DNA of 64,000 nucleotides from Macrostomum lignano (lineage: Eukaryota), in the NCBI GenBank assembly GCA_002269645.1, contig NIVC01001355.1:76937-140936 (forward strand), read 5' to 3'. A program made the translations under genes and the position numbers. The first letter of the stretch is position 1. Every line of letters starts with the position of its first letter. The notes beneath the pieces are model-generated. The model ran no database searches. It saw only the letters and a list, made by a program, of their open reading frames with translations, and had not been told where the DNA came from. Below are positions 26,901-38,659 of this stretch, piece by piece.

Positions 26901-29900
26901 GTACATTGCATCCCCTTTGCAGTTCATGAACATGTCCATCAAATACGTGTCGAACGCATTCAATCGTACAATGCTTCAAGCTACAGAAATGAATAAGAAT
27001 GTAAGTGACTGAATTCTAAACCTCAAAAAAGCATAAATCTCGATTCAATGTTACGAGCTAGTCACGATCCACAGTTTAAAGAACACTTCTATTCGTACAA
27101 GTAACCCAATCTCAAGTCAATCCGCATGCAAAACCTCAGACAATCATGGAGCTGATCAGCAACGATGAGAAAAAGAAGGAATCCGAGCGCCAGTTCTCAC
27201 CGCAGGGCGTCTCGGACTTTCGCCTGGCCCTAGTTGAAGCATTCGAGCTTTTGCGCATGGCCAAGAACCAGTCGGCATCCGCGTCAGCTGGAGGAGTGCA
27301 GACAATCATGCTGATCACCGACAGCGCCCCGGAGGATTTTGCTGACCTATTTCAGAAGTACAACCCGGATGTAAGTAATTTGTTGCGCTCAAGTGAGTCA
27401 TCGAGCTTGGTCATTGATGAAGATGATAAAGGGTCAATAGTTATGCAAGTTAAGCATATTTGACTGGTTAGTGGGTAAAAACCAAGTAGGTTTTTACCTA
27501 CTATATTCTGCTAAAGGTAGAATACAGGGTTGAAGTTGCGACTCCCCACAGTCTCGACAGTGTAAAAGCTGCAGTGTACACAGCCCTCAGATATGCCAAG
27601 CGCTAGCACACCTGCCACCTGCACACCTGGAACTTATGAAAATTAATACACTGTGGAGACATATCGCAGCATTCCAGTTCGATTGATCCCACTAACAAAT
27701 CTTGACCACATAGAATCGCATCACGCATCCCAGCCTTTATGCTCATCAATCCCACAGCAACAAATTCGACTGTTCACTTTCCTGATTGGCCAAGAGGCCA
27801 CTGACGAGGAGACTGTGAAAGCAATGGCGTGCAGAAATCGCGGCTACTTTGTGCAGATTGCCACTCTCGCTGACGTCAAGGAAAACGTTCAGGTGTGTTT
27901 CAACTAGTTATCATATATAATTTTTCTAGGCATGTGTCTTACAATGTGATATAAGCAGCCTTTATTAGAGACAAGCGGATGAGTGCACCCTGGCGCACTT
28001 TAAGCGACATTGTCACACAACCGGCGAGAGGTATTGCTCCCCTGAGCAGGCACACAAGCGCGCGGATACGTACCCAGTCATACCCACTGGAACACACTCA
28101 CACAGGAGTGTACAGCGGCCCTAACTTTATTTATCTTTAGGCATGTACACTTCCCTGTGCCTTGGGGGTTGGTCCTCATGGGCGTTAATTGCACGAGCAG
28201 AGCCAAGCCGAGATTCAAATTTAGCCCCAAATGAATGTGACTGCACTTGGAATCGAGCCTGGGCCGCTGGTATATCAGAGCTAGATCACAAAGCAACGCC
28301 CCCCATAGGATCACTAGGCTTCAAACGGTACTACATTTGGACAGGTAGACTTAACGTACGTCTAGCAAACTTGCCACCAACTAGCTAGTTCGAACCACGG
28401 CGTTGCAGCTGAAAGTCAGCTGTCACTCAACCGGCCTGTTAACAAGGGCAGGACGCGTCCCCGAATGAATATTTTTTGTGCCTTATGCTTACCCTGTATG
28501 GTTTTGACGATCTTTGCGACGCAAAATTAAATAAATTGCAGCGATATGTACCTGTGCTGGCCAGGACGAACGCTCTGCTCCGAGATTACTTCTTTGTGTG
28601 GACTGGAGTTCACCAGAATCAGATTAAAACACAGGTAAGAAGTCAATAATTGTCTGTGGCTACTTCAGTCATTGTTTTGTAACAAAAAAGATTCCTATAG
28701 AATGAAACCATTGTTAACTTGAATTGTGCAAGTCTATCATCATGCAAAGTTATATACGTCCTTGAACTATACTCTATGAATATGCTCGCAATTGATTTGG
28801 GGCACCAGTGCAGCACTTTGATCTCGCCAGTTCCTATTTATGAGTAAGAGAAAATCATATCTCAACATCTGAACCAAATTGCGCCTTCGCGAGAACCCCG
28901 AAGCGCCGCCAGCCCACATGTCGGCGGTGCCCCAGGAGGCCCAGACGGGCGGCTTCACCGCTTTTCCTCCGCTTACGCCGACAACTGCGGCAGCAAGGGC
29001 CGCGGCGGCCAACGCCTCTGTGCTGCCTTCGCCGATATCCACGCCGCAGCCGCCGGGCAAGCAGCAGCAGCAGCTCCGACTGAAAGGCGACATACCGCAA
29101 CACCAGAGGAAGGAGGAGGACCCCAGAGTGGTAAAAAAGCGCGATCTAGATTTCATTCAAGCACAGGTCTAGTAGTCTGTCCTATCTCGCTTCGTTGTTC
29201 AATGCACTCTAAACAAGAACCGTGAAAGCACTGTATACTCATCAGTATTAAGGGTGCAGAGTTGCTGTGTTGTACTTACACTGTATATTTGTACGTATAC
29301 AGCTAAACAGCTGCTTCGTTAGTAGCCTATCTTTAATAACTCGTGCTGTAATCAACGGTAAATCTAAATGGTTAATCTACTGATGTATCCTAATTTAGTG
29401 AACGCTCTTAGCCGTTAGCAACAGCAAACTCATTAAATGATTGACTTTATTGGTATATTTTTGTTTATATTTTTAGTTGCTCTACTTTCAGTAGTATAAA
29501 AGCAATATGATTGATGCAAAGATTGCTTTATCATTGCACATTGCGTTTTTGAGCTTCGTATTATACAAAAGCATTATCTATTAATAACCATAACATTGCA
29601 TTCTACTGAATTTTTCTACTCAAATTCCGACTTTAACCATGCATGCTATTAATATCCGTTAAAATCCCACTTTTTATGAAGGCCTCTGCATACAAAAACG
29701 TGAGTACAATAGCGGGTCGAGTTGAGGCAGGAAAGATGATTGAGATTTCGTCGCTTACTTCATCTGAATGTCGGCTGTTGTTTTGGCAACTAGTATTGTG
29801 AAGGCAAAATTGGACAAAACTATGTGCGTTTCCTAGAACTTTTTGTGATTCAGAAACAACCATTGAGGCGGTCGATTTTTTTGAGCTCAATATTTAACAT

Positions 29901-31447
29901 CGTTCTCAATGGCTAGATTCCAAAAACCTAAAAAAGCTGATTCTTAGATTTCTAAGCGGATTTTTTTATATTTTGCTTCAAATTTAGTGGTTTTAAAGAG
30001 TCATTTATGTGCTTGAAGCTTTTCTTTTCTTTGGGTAGACTGTATAGCGTTTTCTATTAATATATATTTACTTTTCACATGAAAATTCACCAGCTCTATA
30101 GCGCATATGCTGAAGCTCTGTGGACCATCTTCTATTTCAGAAGAACAAGCTGTTCGCATCGGTGGCTCAGGCTGCTTACGACATTCGCAACCAAACGGTA
30201 AACACCTTGCAATAAGTGCAGATTTTACCAGGTTTACAAGGAACCGACACTGGCCTGTCGCATCCCTAATTTTCCACCAATTTCAAGGTCCAGCATCAAA
30301 GTTTGAAAACTTTTTGTTTGCAAAGTTCAGAGGGGCTTGATACGATACTAAGTGAATTGTGAAGTATTTATGCAGCTTTAAAATGAAACAGGCATTATCT
30401 GAATCGGTTGCAGGAAACGGAAGTTGAACGAACTTGTGTGAGAAGGTGCTCTGAAACGCACCTATCTGTTGTATAGGCGCAATGAGACTAAACATGCAGA
30501 CAAATTAGGGTGGAGCAGGCCAGTTTCGCTTTCCTGTCGCAGCTGGTTGATTCAAAACTCAGCAAAAACTGAACCGTTCACTACAAAAGGTATCCGACGG
30601 CCTCGGACACCTCATCGGCGTGGCTGGCCTCGACGTACCTGTCAACCAGTTCGAACGACTTGGCCCAGCTTGGGAGCTGGGTCTGATGGCCTACATCTTC
30701 ATGGCTACTAACAATGGTTTTATCTTGTTCCATCCGGAATTCAGGCCGGTCAATGTAAGACTTGTGTAAAGAAAATTTGGAGACTATTTAAATTAGAGAG
30801 TTGAATTGAACAGACAGTAAGTCGGGCGCAGGTGTAGGGCACAAACGGGTATATCTATCAGACTAGGGGGGTTGAGTGCAGATAATAAAAGAAGGGGTGG
30901 AGGTGAGATTGAGGAGCCAATCAGAAGGCAGCGAGGGAGAGATATAAGAATAACAAGCTTGAACTAGGCAGCGAGGGAGAGAGATAAGAATAACAAGCTT
31001 GGACTAGGCAGCGAGGGAGAGAGATAAGAATAACAAGCTTGGACTAGGCAGCGAGGGAGAGAGATAAGAATAACAAGCTTGAACTAGGCAGCGAGGGAGA
31101 GATATAAGAATAACAAGCTTGAACTAGGCAGCGAGGGAGAGAGATAAGAATAACAAGCTTGAACTAGGCAGCGAGGGAGAGAGATAAGAATAACAAGCTT
31201 GAACTAGGCAGCGAGGGAGAGAGATAAGAATAACAAGCTTGAACTAGGCAGCGAGGAGAGAGATAAGAATAACAAGCTTGAACTAGCAGCGAGGGAGAGA
31301 GATAAGAATAACAAGCTTGGACTAGGCAGCGAGGGAGAGAGATAAGAATAACAAGCTTGAACTAGGCAGCGAGGGAGAGATATAAGAATAACAAGCTTGA
31401 ACTAGGCAGCGAGGGAGAGAGATAAGAATAAGAAGCTTGAACTAGGC

Positions 31448-31490
<43 letters not shown>

Positions 31491-34400
31491 ACAGAGTAAA
31501 CAGAGACAAGTGCAGATGAACTAAGAAGTGAATAAGAAAGTCGTGACAAGACTAACCCGCTTATTTGGGTGCTTAGACCAACTGAAGTTTCTTGCTTTGG
31601 TAATTAAAGTTAAGCGCACCCGCTCGATTGGACAGGAAGCCGGCGAAATGCAAATGTTTTACAACAATCAAGACATCGCTGATGTTGAAGTTCCCGCTGA
31701 TGGCACGCCAACAAACGGGAGGCCGAGCTATGATCTGAGCCTGCGCAGCGCAATGATCCAGCGGGTGACAGGATTTATCGATATGGTCAAGGTCAAGACG
31801 TTTGACGATATGGTGCGTTGGTGCGACGCTAATTAGCTAGTTTCTAGGCGGGGGTCTTTGAACGCTGCTGCAAACCAAGGCGGAATCGCTGGCCTACGCT
31901 GGTATACAAACTCAAAAAGGGTGTACGTTCACATCGTCAGGCATGTATACAGTCTGTGCCTTGATTCGGCCCTCATTGGGCGTTAGTCAGGGTTCAGACT
32001 TATGAGCCTCAAATTACTCGTAATGTGGCCTCGCACGGAATCGAACCCAGGTAGCCGGACTCAAGTGGCCCAGATAGACAGACGCGTTACCTATGAGCCA
32101 CTTTGCTCCCTGTGCGATCTTAACAGATAGGAACTATTATTTTATAGCAAACTGTCAATCAAAACTGTGCCTCCTAAACAAATCATCTTAACAGAGTCGC
32201 GGTACAAAGCAGAAATTTCGCTATTTTTACGCGCCGCTCAACTCGACGGCGCCATTCGGAGTGGCAACTGAAACCCGGCCGACGCCGTTTTCACTTGGCC
32301 TCGCATTGCCATGGGGCTCAGCCGGTCAGTGGCCACCAGTAGCGGCCTACCCGACCGCACCCCCGTTTGATTCTCACAGTCTGCACCGGGAAAATCTCGC
32401 CAAGCTGTTCTCGAAGCGCCTGATTAACAGTACCTGCGATGCCGCGAAGCCGGAATTGTACAAAACTGGCTTGGCCGAGTTTGAGTTCTGCGACTTTTCC
32501 AGCGAGCTGCTCGCTGAGTACGGCGTCAATCCGTTGTGCGCTCTGGGCTCGGTGCTGGAACTGCCGCTGGCCAGGCAGCAAGCAATGAGCTGCTCATTTG
32601 AATATCTGAAGCGCGTAATGGTTGACGCATTGAGTACCCGAGAAGCGTATGAATGGGATACGAACTGGAATACAATTGTTCCTGCTCAAATCGGTGCCAC
32701 TCTGCTGTTCCTGTGGACCGGAACTGGCCTGGCCAGATGGCAGACGCCGCCAACGAATGACGCTCAGTCCGTCATTGATGCCAGCTTCGCAGCAGCTCGG
32801 CGCAACGGCTCCCGAGACAGCCTCTATGAACGTACAGCGCTTCTAGCGTCTTCTTCGGACTCCTCGTTAACGGTATTGACTGCGCCATCAGGTGATTCAG
32901 TATTCGCTCGCGTCAAGGCCAACACTAGCGTGCCGATTTACCTGACATCGGCGCTTCGGGTTGAAAGCAGCGTTGTTGGCGTGGTCGGCGCCGAGATCAA
33001 CTACGACCGCCTGGCTAATTATTTCGTCAACGCCACGAACTCCTGCGTTAGCGGCGTCGGTGGTGGTGCTTGTGTCACCTGTGCGCAGACTAACGTCCGC
33101 TGTTACCTGCTCGATGATAGCGGCGCCGTGGTCGTGTCCGAGAGTCAGACTGACGTCGGCAAGACTTTTGACATTGTCAATTGTCCTGCAATGCAGCTCA
33201 TGATCAACAGGAGCTTGTTTGTTACGTAAATACGGCTGGGGATTAAGTTTGTGGATAGTTTATAGATTGCTTGAACATTGCCAAGCATTCTGTTTCTGAC
33301 CCGGGCGATAATAACTGTTCGATGCAGAGCCTTACTTTTATGAGTCCATTCCGATACCGTAATTTATGTGTATGCATGTCTGAAGTGGCTTATTGATAGC
33401 TTTACGCATTGATAATTAACAATTCATAATTTATTAACAACTTTACTAATTTCAGCGTGAAGGCGTTCGACTTCCAGGCTGTGTGCCTGAAGAAGACTCC
33501 AGTTGACAGTTCGGCATCAACACTTTTCAATGTAAGTTGCTGCAATTGAGAAGGAAAATTCACTAAACGCTACCTGAGCTTATTGACATTCTCCGACCGC
33601 AATGCATTTTCTGCAGCCAATCCGAGCTCTGATGCGGCTGGCATCTTGGGCCTTCATTGAAGGATTTCTGTGAGAACACTTGGCTAGATGCTTCGAATGG
33701 ACTTAATAGTGCCTGTTCTTCAAATTTTTTACTACTCATATTGCCATTTTTAGGCTGCTCGCTGACTTGACATCATCGACGCTTCGAGTCATCAAAGCCG
33801 GAGCTCAAGGTAAATTGGTTGCAAGCTCTATTCATCTTTGTACTTTTTTTCAATATTTCACGGTAAACTCCAGATAAAAAGCCGCTTACCCAGCAAAGAT
33901 AGAATAAAAAATCCTACTAAAAATCTACTTAATATAAATAAATGTACGAAGCGCTTGCAAATGCAGCATGGCCAGTAAGCATGACAACAATCAGCCGAAG
34001 CCGTCACTGGTCAGAGCGTCGGACTCACGACTGAAGGGTCGGCGGTTCGATTCTCGACCCTCCTGAAACAATTTATGTCCTTGAGCAAGACACTTAACTC
34101 TGCATTGCTTCAGTTCACCCAGCTGTAAAATGGGTGCCAGCATTAGCTGGGGTAATTGAGGGTGCGTGTGGCGACCCCCCAGTCCTTGGACTGAACAGCC
34201 GTACGCAGCCTTCAGATGCGCCGCGCAATAGCTGCGGCTGAGCTGTCGGTTGCACATCTGCCCATTGGGGGCAGGTGTAGTCAATTATTATTAATATTAT
34301 TAATATCAGGTCAAGAGGAGTCTATTCTTTATCACAATCTCGCACTTTTCGACCGCTAAGGGTTCGTATCCATTGTCTGCGCTATAAATATTTGGGTTTA

Positions 34401-37400
34401 TTGATTGAAACTTTGCCTCCTTTTATTCGCTCAATATTGGTTAAGGGAAAATTAGTTTTAAAACATGCTGCTTTTAGTGTGGCGATAGAGTTATTCAGAA
34501 ATATTCGTCTCTACTGTCGTGTGCCAGAATTCGGCATGGCATCGTCGCGCAGCACAGCGGAGGACTGCCACCGAGTGGACGCCTCCCGCCCGGACAGCAT
34601 CCTGAAGGTGTACGAAAGAGTTGACGCCATGATAGCCGAAACCGCCGACTTGGTGGCTCCGCATCCGGACGCATCTTTGAAAGTGCAGGAGATTCGACGC
34701 CGCCTGATGCAGCCGCTGTGCATCGGCCGGACAGCCGACGATCAAGACGAAGAGGAGGCTTGCGAGTACCTGTGCAAGCGGCTGCCGGAGCAGTTCGGCA
34801 TCGGCCTCGTGTCCGATCTGCTGGCCGGCTGTCCGAAATTTGATGAAGCCCAGATCGACTGCACCGTTAAGAGAACACTGCTAAGGCGGGAGCCACGGCA
34901 GCCTCTACCAACGTCTGCCATGAGACTGCAGTGCCCGTTGCTCGGACTCTGCGAAGCTTGCCAGCCAGAAGCTAACGGCTCCTCAGAGTTGTAGGCCACA
35001 GAGCTTCGTCTGTACCAACAAGCATGCTCAGTGTTTTAGTCCCCCATCATCCATCTGCACACGGCCTCACTAATACAAGCATGCTCAGTGTTTTAGTCCC
35101 CCATCATCCATCTGCACACGGCCTCACTAATACAAGCATGCTCAGTGTTTTAGTCCCCCATCATCCATCTGCACACGGCCTCACTAATACAAGCATGCTC
35201 AGTGTTTTAGTCCCCCATCATCCATCTGCACACAGCCTCACTAATACAAGCATGCTCAGTGTTTTAGTCCCCCATCATCCATCTGCACACGGCCTCACTA
35301 ATACAAGCATGCTCAGTGTTTTAGTCCCCCATCATCCATCTGCACACAGCCTCACTAATACAAGCATGCTCAGTGTTTTAGTCCCCCATCATCCATCTGC
35401 ACACGGCCTCACTAATACAAGCATGCTCAGTGTTTTAGTCCCCCATCATCCATCTGCACACGGCCTCACTAATACAAGCATGCTCAGTGTTTTAGTCCCC
35501 CATCATCCATCTGCACACAGCCTCACTAATACAAGCATGCTCAGTGTTTTAGTCCCCCATCATCCATCTGCACACAGCCTCACTAATACAAGCATGCTCA
35601 GTGTTTTAGTCCCCCATCATCCATCTGCACACGGCCTCACTAATACAAGCATGCTCAGTGTTTTAGTCCCCCATCATCCATCTGCACACGGCCTCACTAA
35701 TACAAGCATGCTCAGTGTTTTAGTCCCCCATCATCCATCTGCACACGGCCTCACTAATACAAGCATGCTCAGTGTTTTAGTCCCCCATCATCCATCTGCA
35801 CACGGCCTCACTAATACAAGCATGCTCAGTGTTTTAGTCCCCCATCATCCATCTGCACACAGCCTCACTAATACAAGCATGCTCAGTGTTTTAGTCCCCC
35901 ATCATCCATCTGCACACAGCCTCACTAATACATGCATGCTCAGTGTTTTAGTCCCCCATCATCCATCTGCACACAGCCTCACTAATACAAGCATGCTCAG
36001 TGTTTTAGTCCCCCATCATCCAATCATCCATCTGCACACAGCCTCACTAATACAAGCATGCTCAGTGTTTTAGTCCCCCATCATCCATCTGCACACGGCC
36101 TCACTAATACAAGCATGCTCAGTGTTTTAGTCCCCCATCATCCATCTGCACACAGCCTCACTAATACAAGAATGCTCAGTGTTTTAGTCCCCCATCATCC
36201 ATCTGCACACGGCCTCACTAATACAAGCATGCTCAGTGTTTTAGTCCCCCATCATCCATCTGCACACAGCCTCACTAATACATGCATGCTCAGTGTTTTA
36301 GTCCCCCATCATCCATCTGCACACAGCCTCACTAATACAAGCATGCTCAGTGTTTTAGTCCCTCATCATCCATCTGCACACGGCCTCACTAATACAAGCA
36401 TGCTCAGTGTTTTAGTCCCCCATCATCCATCTGCACACAGCCTCACTAATACAAGCATGCTCAGTGTTTTAGTCCCCCATCATCCATCTGCACACAGCCT
36501 CACTAATACAAGCATGCTCAGTGTTTTAGTCCCCCATCATCCATCTGCACACGGCCTCACTAATACAAGCATGCTCAGTGTTTTAGTCCCCCATCATCCA
36601 ATCATCCATCTGCACACAGCCTCACTAATACAAGCATGCTCAGTGTTTTAGTCCCCCATCATCCATCTGCACACGGCCTCACTAATACAAGCATGCTCAG
36701 TGTTTTAGTCCCCATCATCCATCTGCACACAGCCTCACTAATACAAGCATGCTCAGTGTTTTAGTCCCCCATCATCCATCTGCACACAGCCTCACTAATA
36801 CAAGCATGCTCAGTGTTTTAGTCCCCCATCATCCATCTGCACACGGCCTCACTAATACAAGCATGCTCAGTGTTTTAGTCCCCCATCATCCATCTGCACA
36901 CAGCCTCACTAATACAAGCATGCTCAGTGTTTTAGTCCCCCATCATCCATCTGCACACAGCCTCACTAATACAAGCATGCTCAGTGTTTTAGTCCCCTAT
37001 CATCAATATGCACACGGCCTCACTAATACAAGCATAGTAATACAAGTATCTCTCTCGATTAAGATTTGCGTAGGTCACAAAAACCTTCTCAAAAGCAAGC
37101 TCAATCCTCATCTTTTAGCAACGTGTACGTGAGGCAGGTGAGCGGAACTAATCTGATGTTTGTCGCTGTCACCGGAGATCCGAACTGCGACTGCACCGGC
37201 TGTCCGCTGGCCGTCACCACGGAGAAACTGAGCGGCACCCGCAACATCAGCTTGCAGCAGCGCTTCAGGGAGCGACCGCCGTGGAGTCGACCTAATGTTG
37301 TGCTCATAGTGAGTATTGTCAGTCGGACTCATTTTTTTCAGAGTAGATCTTTTAAACAGCTTCGATTCCATTGGACCAGCGATTCTCAGTCATGTCAGGT

Positions 37401-37575
37401 GCACGAGTGAAATAATGACAGCATGAACTGAATCTACCTGTCCAATTTCCTCCAGGACAATTCGACTGTCTGCAGCAAAACTGCGGTGCCCTCGCTGACC
37501 ATCCTGCAGTCCCAGCGGTGGCTCTTGTCGTTTGTAGTTCTGCTAAACTTGTTAGTTTTTAGTTCGGATTTCTAA
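23953..37575 (+). CDS. CACNA2D: Voltage-dependent calcium channel alpha2/delta subunit (CACNA2D family), ~1300-1380 aa
   Basis: Exons: 23953-24050 (signal peptide MDLTVTVVLFALICLSD), 24208-24286, 25484-25603, 25831-25887, 25981-26230, 26333-26546, 26645-26795 (VWA MIDAS DMVILIDNSGSM), 26923-27000, 27140-27370, 27758-27892 (IRLFTFLIG..MACRNRGYF), 28542-28634, optional 28936-29166, 30141-30197, 30563-30754 (LIGVAGLDVP..YIFMATNNGFILFHPEFRP, Cache), 31636-31812, 32195-33225, 33456-33531, 33617-33669, 33754-33809, 34528-34990, 37119-37308, 37456-37575 (hydrophobic GPI-like tail). Phases close to an open frame. The paralog subtype is not assignable. Confidence 0.93.
27990..28320 (-). mobile_element. 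tRNA-derived SINE copy (family also at 31920-32110 and 46565-46700)
   Basis: B-box-like GGCTCGATTCC, followed by a shared body ACGCCCATGAGGACCAACCCCCAAGGCACAG..GTGTACATGCCT..AGGGCCGCTGTACA..ATCCGCGCGCTT. Confidence 0.65.
30925..31490. repeat. 40-bp minisatellite (GGCAGCGAGGGAGAGAGATAAGAATAACAAGCTTGAACTA) ending in (GA)n
   Basis: About 13 copies in a CACNA2D intron. Confidence 0.93.
31920..32110 (-). mobile_element. tRNA-derived SINE, 5' portion
   Basis: On the minus strand: A box TGGCTCATAGG, B box GGTTCGATTCC, then body AACGCCCAATGAGGGCCGAATCAAGGCACAGACTGTATACATGCCTGAC. Confidence 0.65.
33994..34303 (+). mobile_element. tRNA-derived CORE-type SINE
   Basis: A box TGGTCAGAGCG (~34008), B box GGTTCGATTC (~34044). 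CCTTGAGCAAGACACTTAAC..CAGTT..CTGTAAAATGGG matches the CORE domain known from MIR-type SINEs. AT-rich (ATT)n-like tail. Confidence 0.7.
35020..37035. repeat. 57-bp minisatellite, ~35 copies, filling CACNA2D intron 34991-37118
   Basis: Unit AAGCATGCTCAGTGTTTTAGTCCCCCATCATCCATCTGCACAC(G/A)GCCTCACTAATAC; very homogeneous. Confidence 0.97.
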
Positions 37576-37868
37576 TAATCTACCGAGCGAACAGTATTGA
37601 ACTTTGAAACTTTGTACACATAGCTGCAGCTGCATGTTTTGTTCGAAAATCTGGTTAAATTTGAATACATCGAATCGAATTTAAGCGTCTTCATCAATTA
37701 GCCAGACCAGTTCAAGCTTCTATGTAAAACAGTTTATTAATAATTTATTAGAAAGTGTTCCTCACCGCCTGCTTAACTCTCTCTCTCTCTCTGTTGCTAT
37801 TGTTCACTTTGCCAATTGCCTGTTGTATGTGCCGATTTGCTTCCATTGTTACAAATAACTTACATTAT

Positions 37869-37874
37869 AATAAA
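37869..37874 (+). terminator. Candidate polyadenylation signal of CACNA2D
   Basis: AATAAA about 300 nt after the stop; a second is at 37926. Position only, not validated. Confidence 0.35.
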
Positions 37875-38659
37875 CAGTGAATACGCGCACTTAAAATGCA
37901 TTAATCCTTCTTAAATTCATTTCCGAATAAAAGCTCTTACCTGAATAATGAATTCGAAAGACCTCAGAGATAAACCATATAAAGATAGACCTCAAGGACT
38001 ACGTAGGCTTACTGATGGTTAAGGGCGTCTCATTACGACTTCGGACTGCAGGTCATCGACCTTGCAGATGCTCGAGAACGTGGCAAGCGTCGAAATACAA
38101 GAGGTACACGAGCTGTGGGCATCCAACTCCCCAACCCCAAGTCTAACCCTAACCCAAACCCTAACCCAAACCTAATTAAATTAATTCCCGTTTATATTTA
38201 CAGAACACAGATCACTTACGCTAATTTCTTGCAAAATTTGCTTTGATCCTTGCAATAATAAGCAAATTGGGAATCTCAGCAACGTCAACTAAAGTGGAGT
38301 AACGTCAACTAAATGACTGAAACACAATAACATCTTCCTGGTTATTTTAAATTCTAGAACTTCTACTCTCTCGTTTATCAGTCCGTTAAAACTCAAATAG
38401 GATATTTAGGTATTATTTTACTGGAGTGCTCAAAAATATTTGAAAAGTATAGAGAGGCGTGATTAATATTAACCAATTTCTTGTGCAAAATCTTTCTGCT
38501 ATTACACTACGTCTAAAGATCAATCCAATTATAAAGATTCAAGCCCGCTTTTTGGTGCTACGTAAGCGAACTTTCTAAGAAAAATTCGGTCCCAAATAGT
38601 TTGAAGCGTCTTCGTCGCAAAAACAACAAGCGTTGAGTCTTCAAGAGTTCCCCAAATGT

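Noticed and set aside
33994-34065. Functional tRNA gene
   Set aside because: A and B boxes are present, but the acceptor stem does not pair well and a CORE domain follows directly, so it is a SINE head.
34392-34527. N-terminal extension of ORF 34392-34994 as coding
   Set aside because: The upstream exon ends in phase 1, which fits only the acceptor at 34527; the extension is intron.
35024-37132. 349-, 197- and 127-aa ORFs of MLSVLVPHHPSAHGLTNTS repeats
   Set aside because: These are the 57-bp intronic minisatellite. Indel units break the frame, and the flanking CACNA2D exons splice across it in phase.
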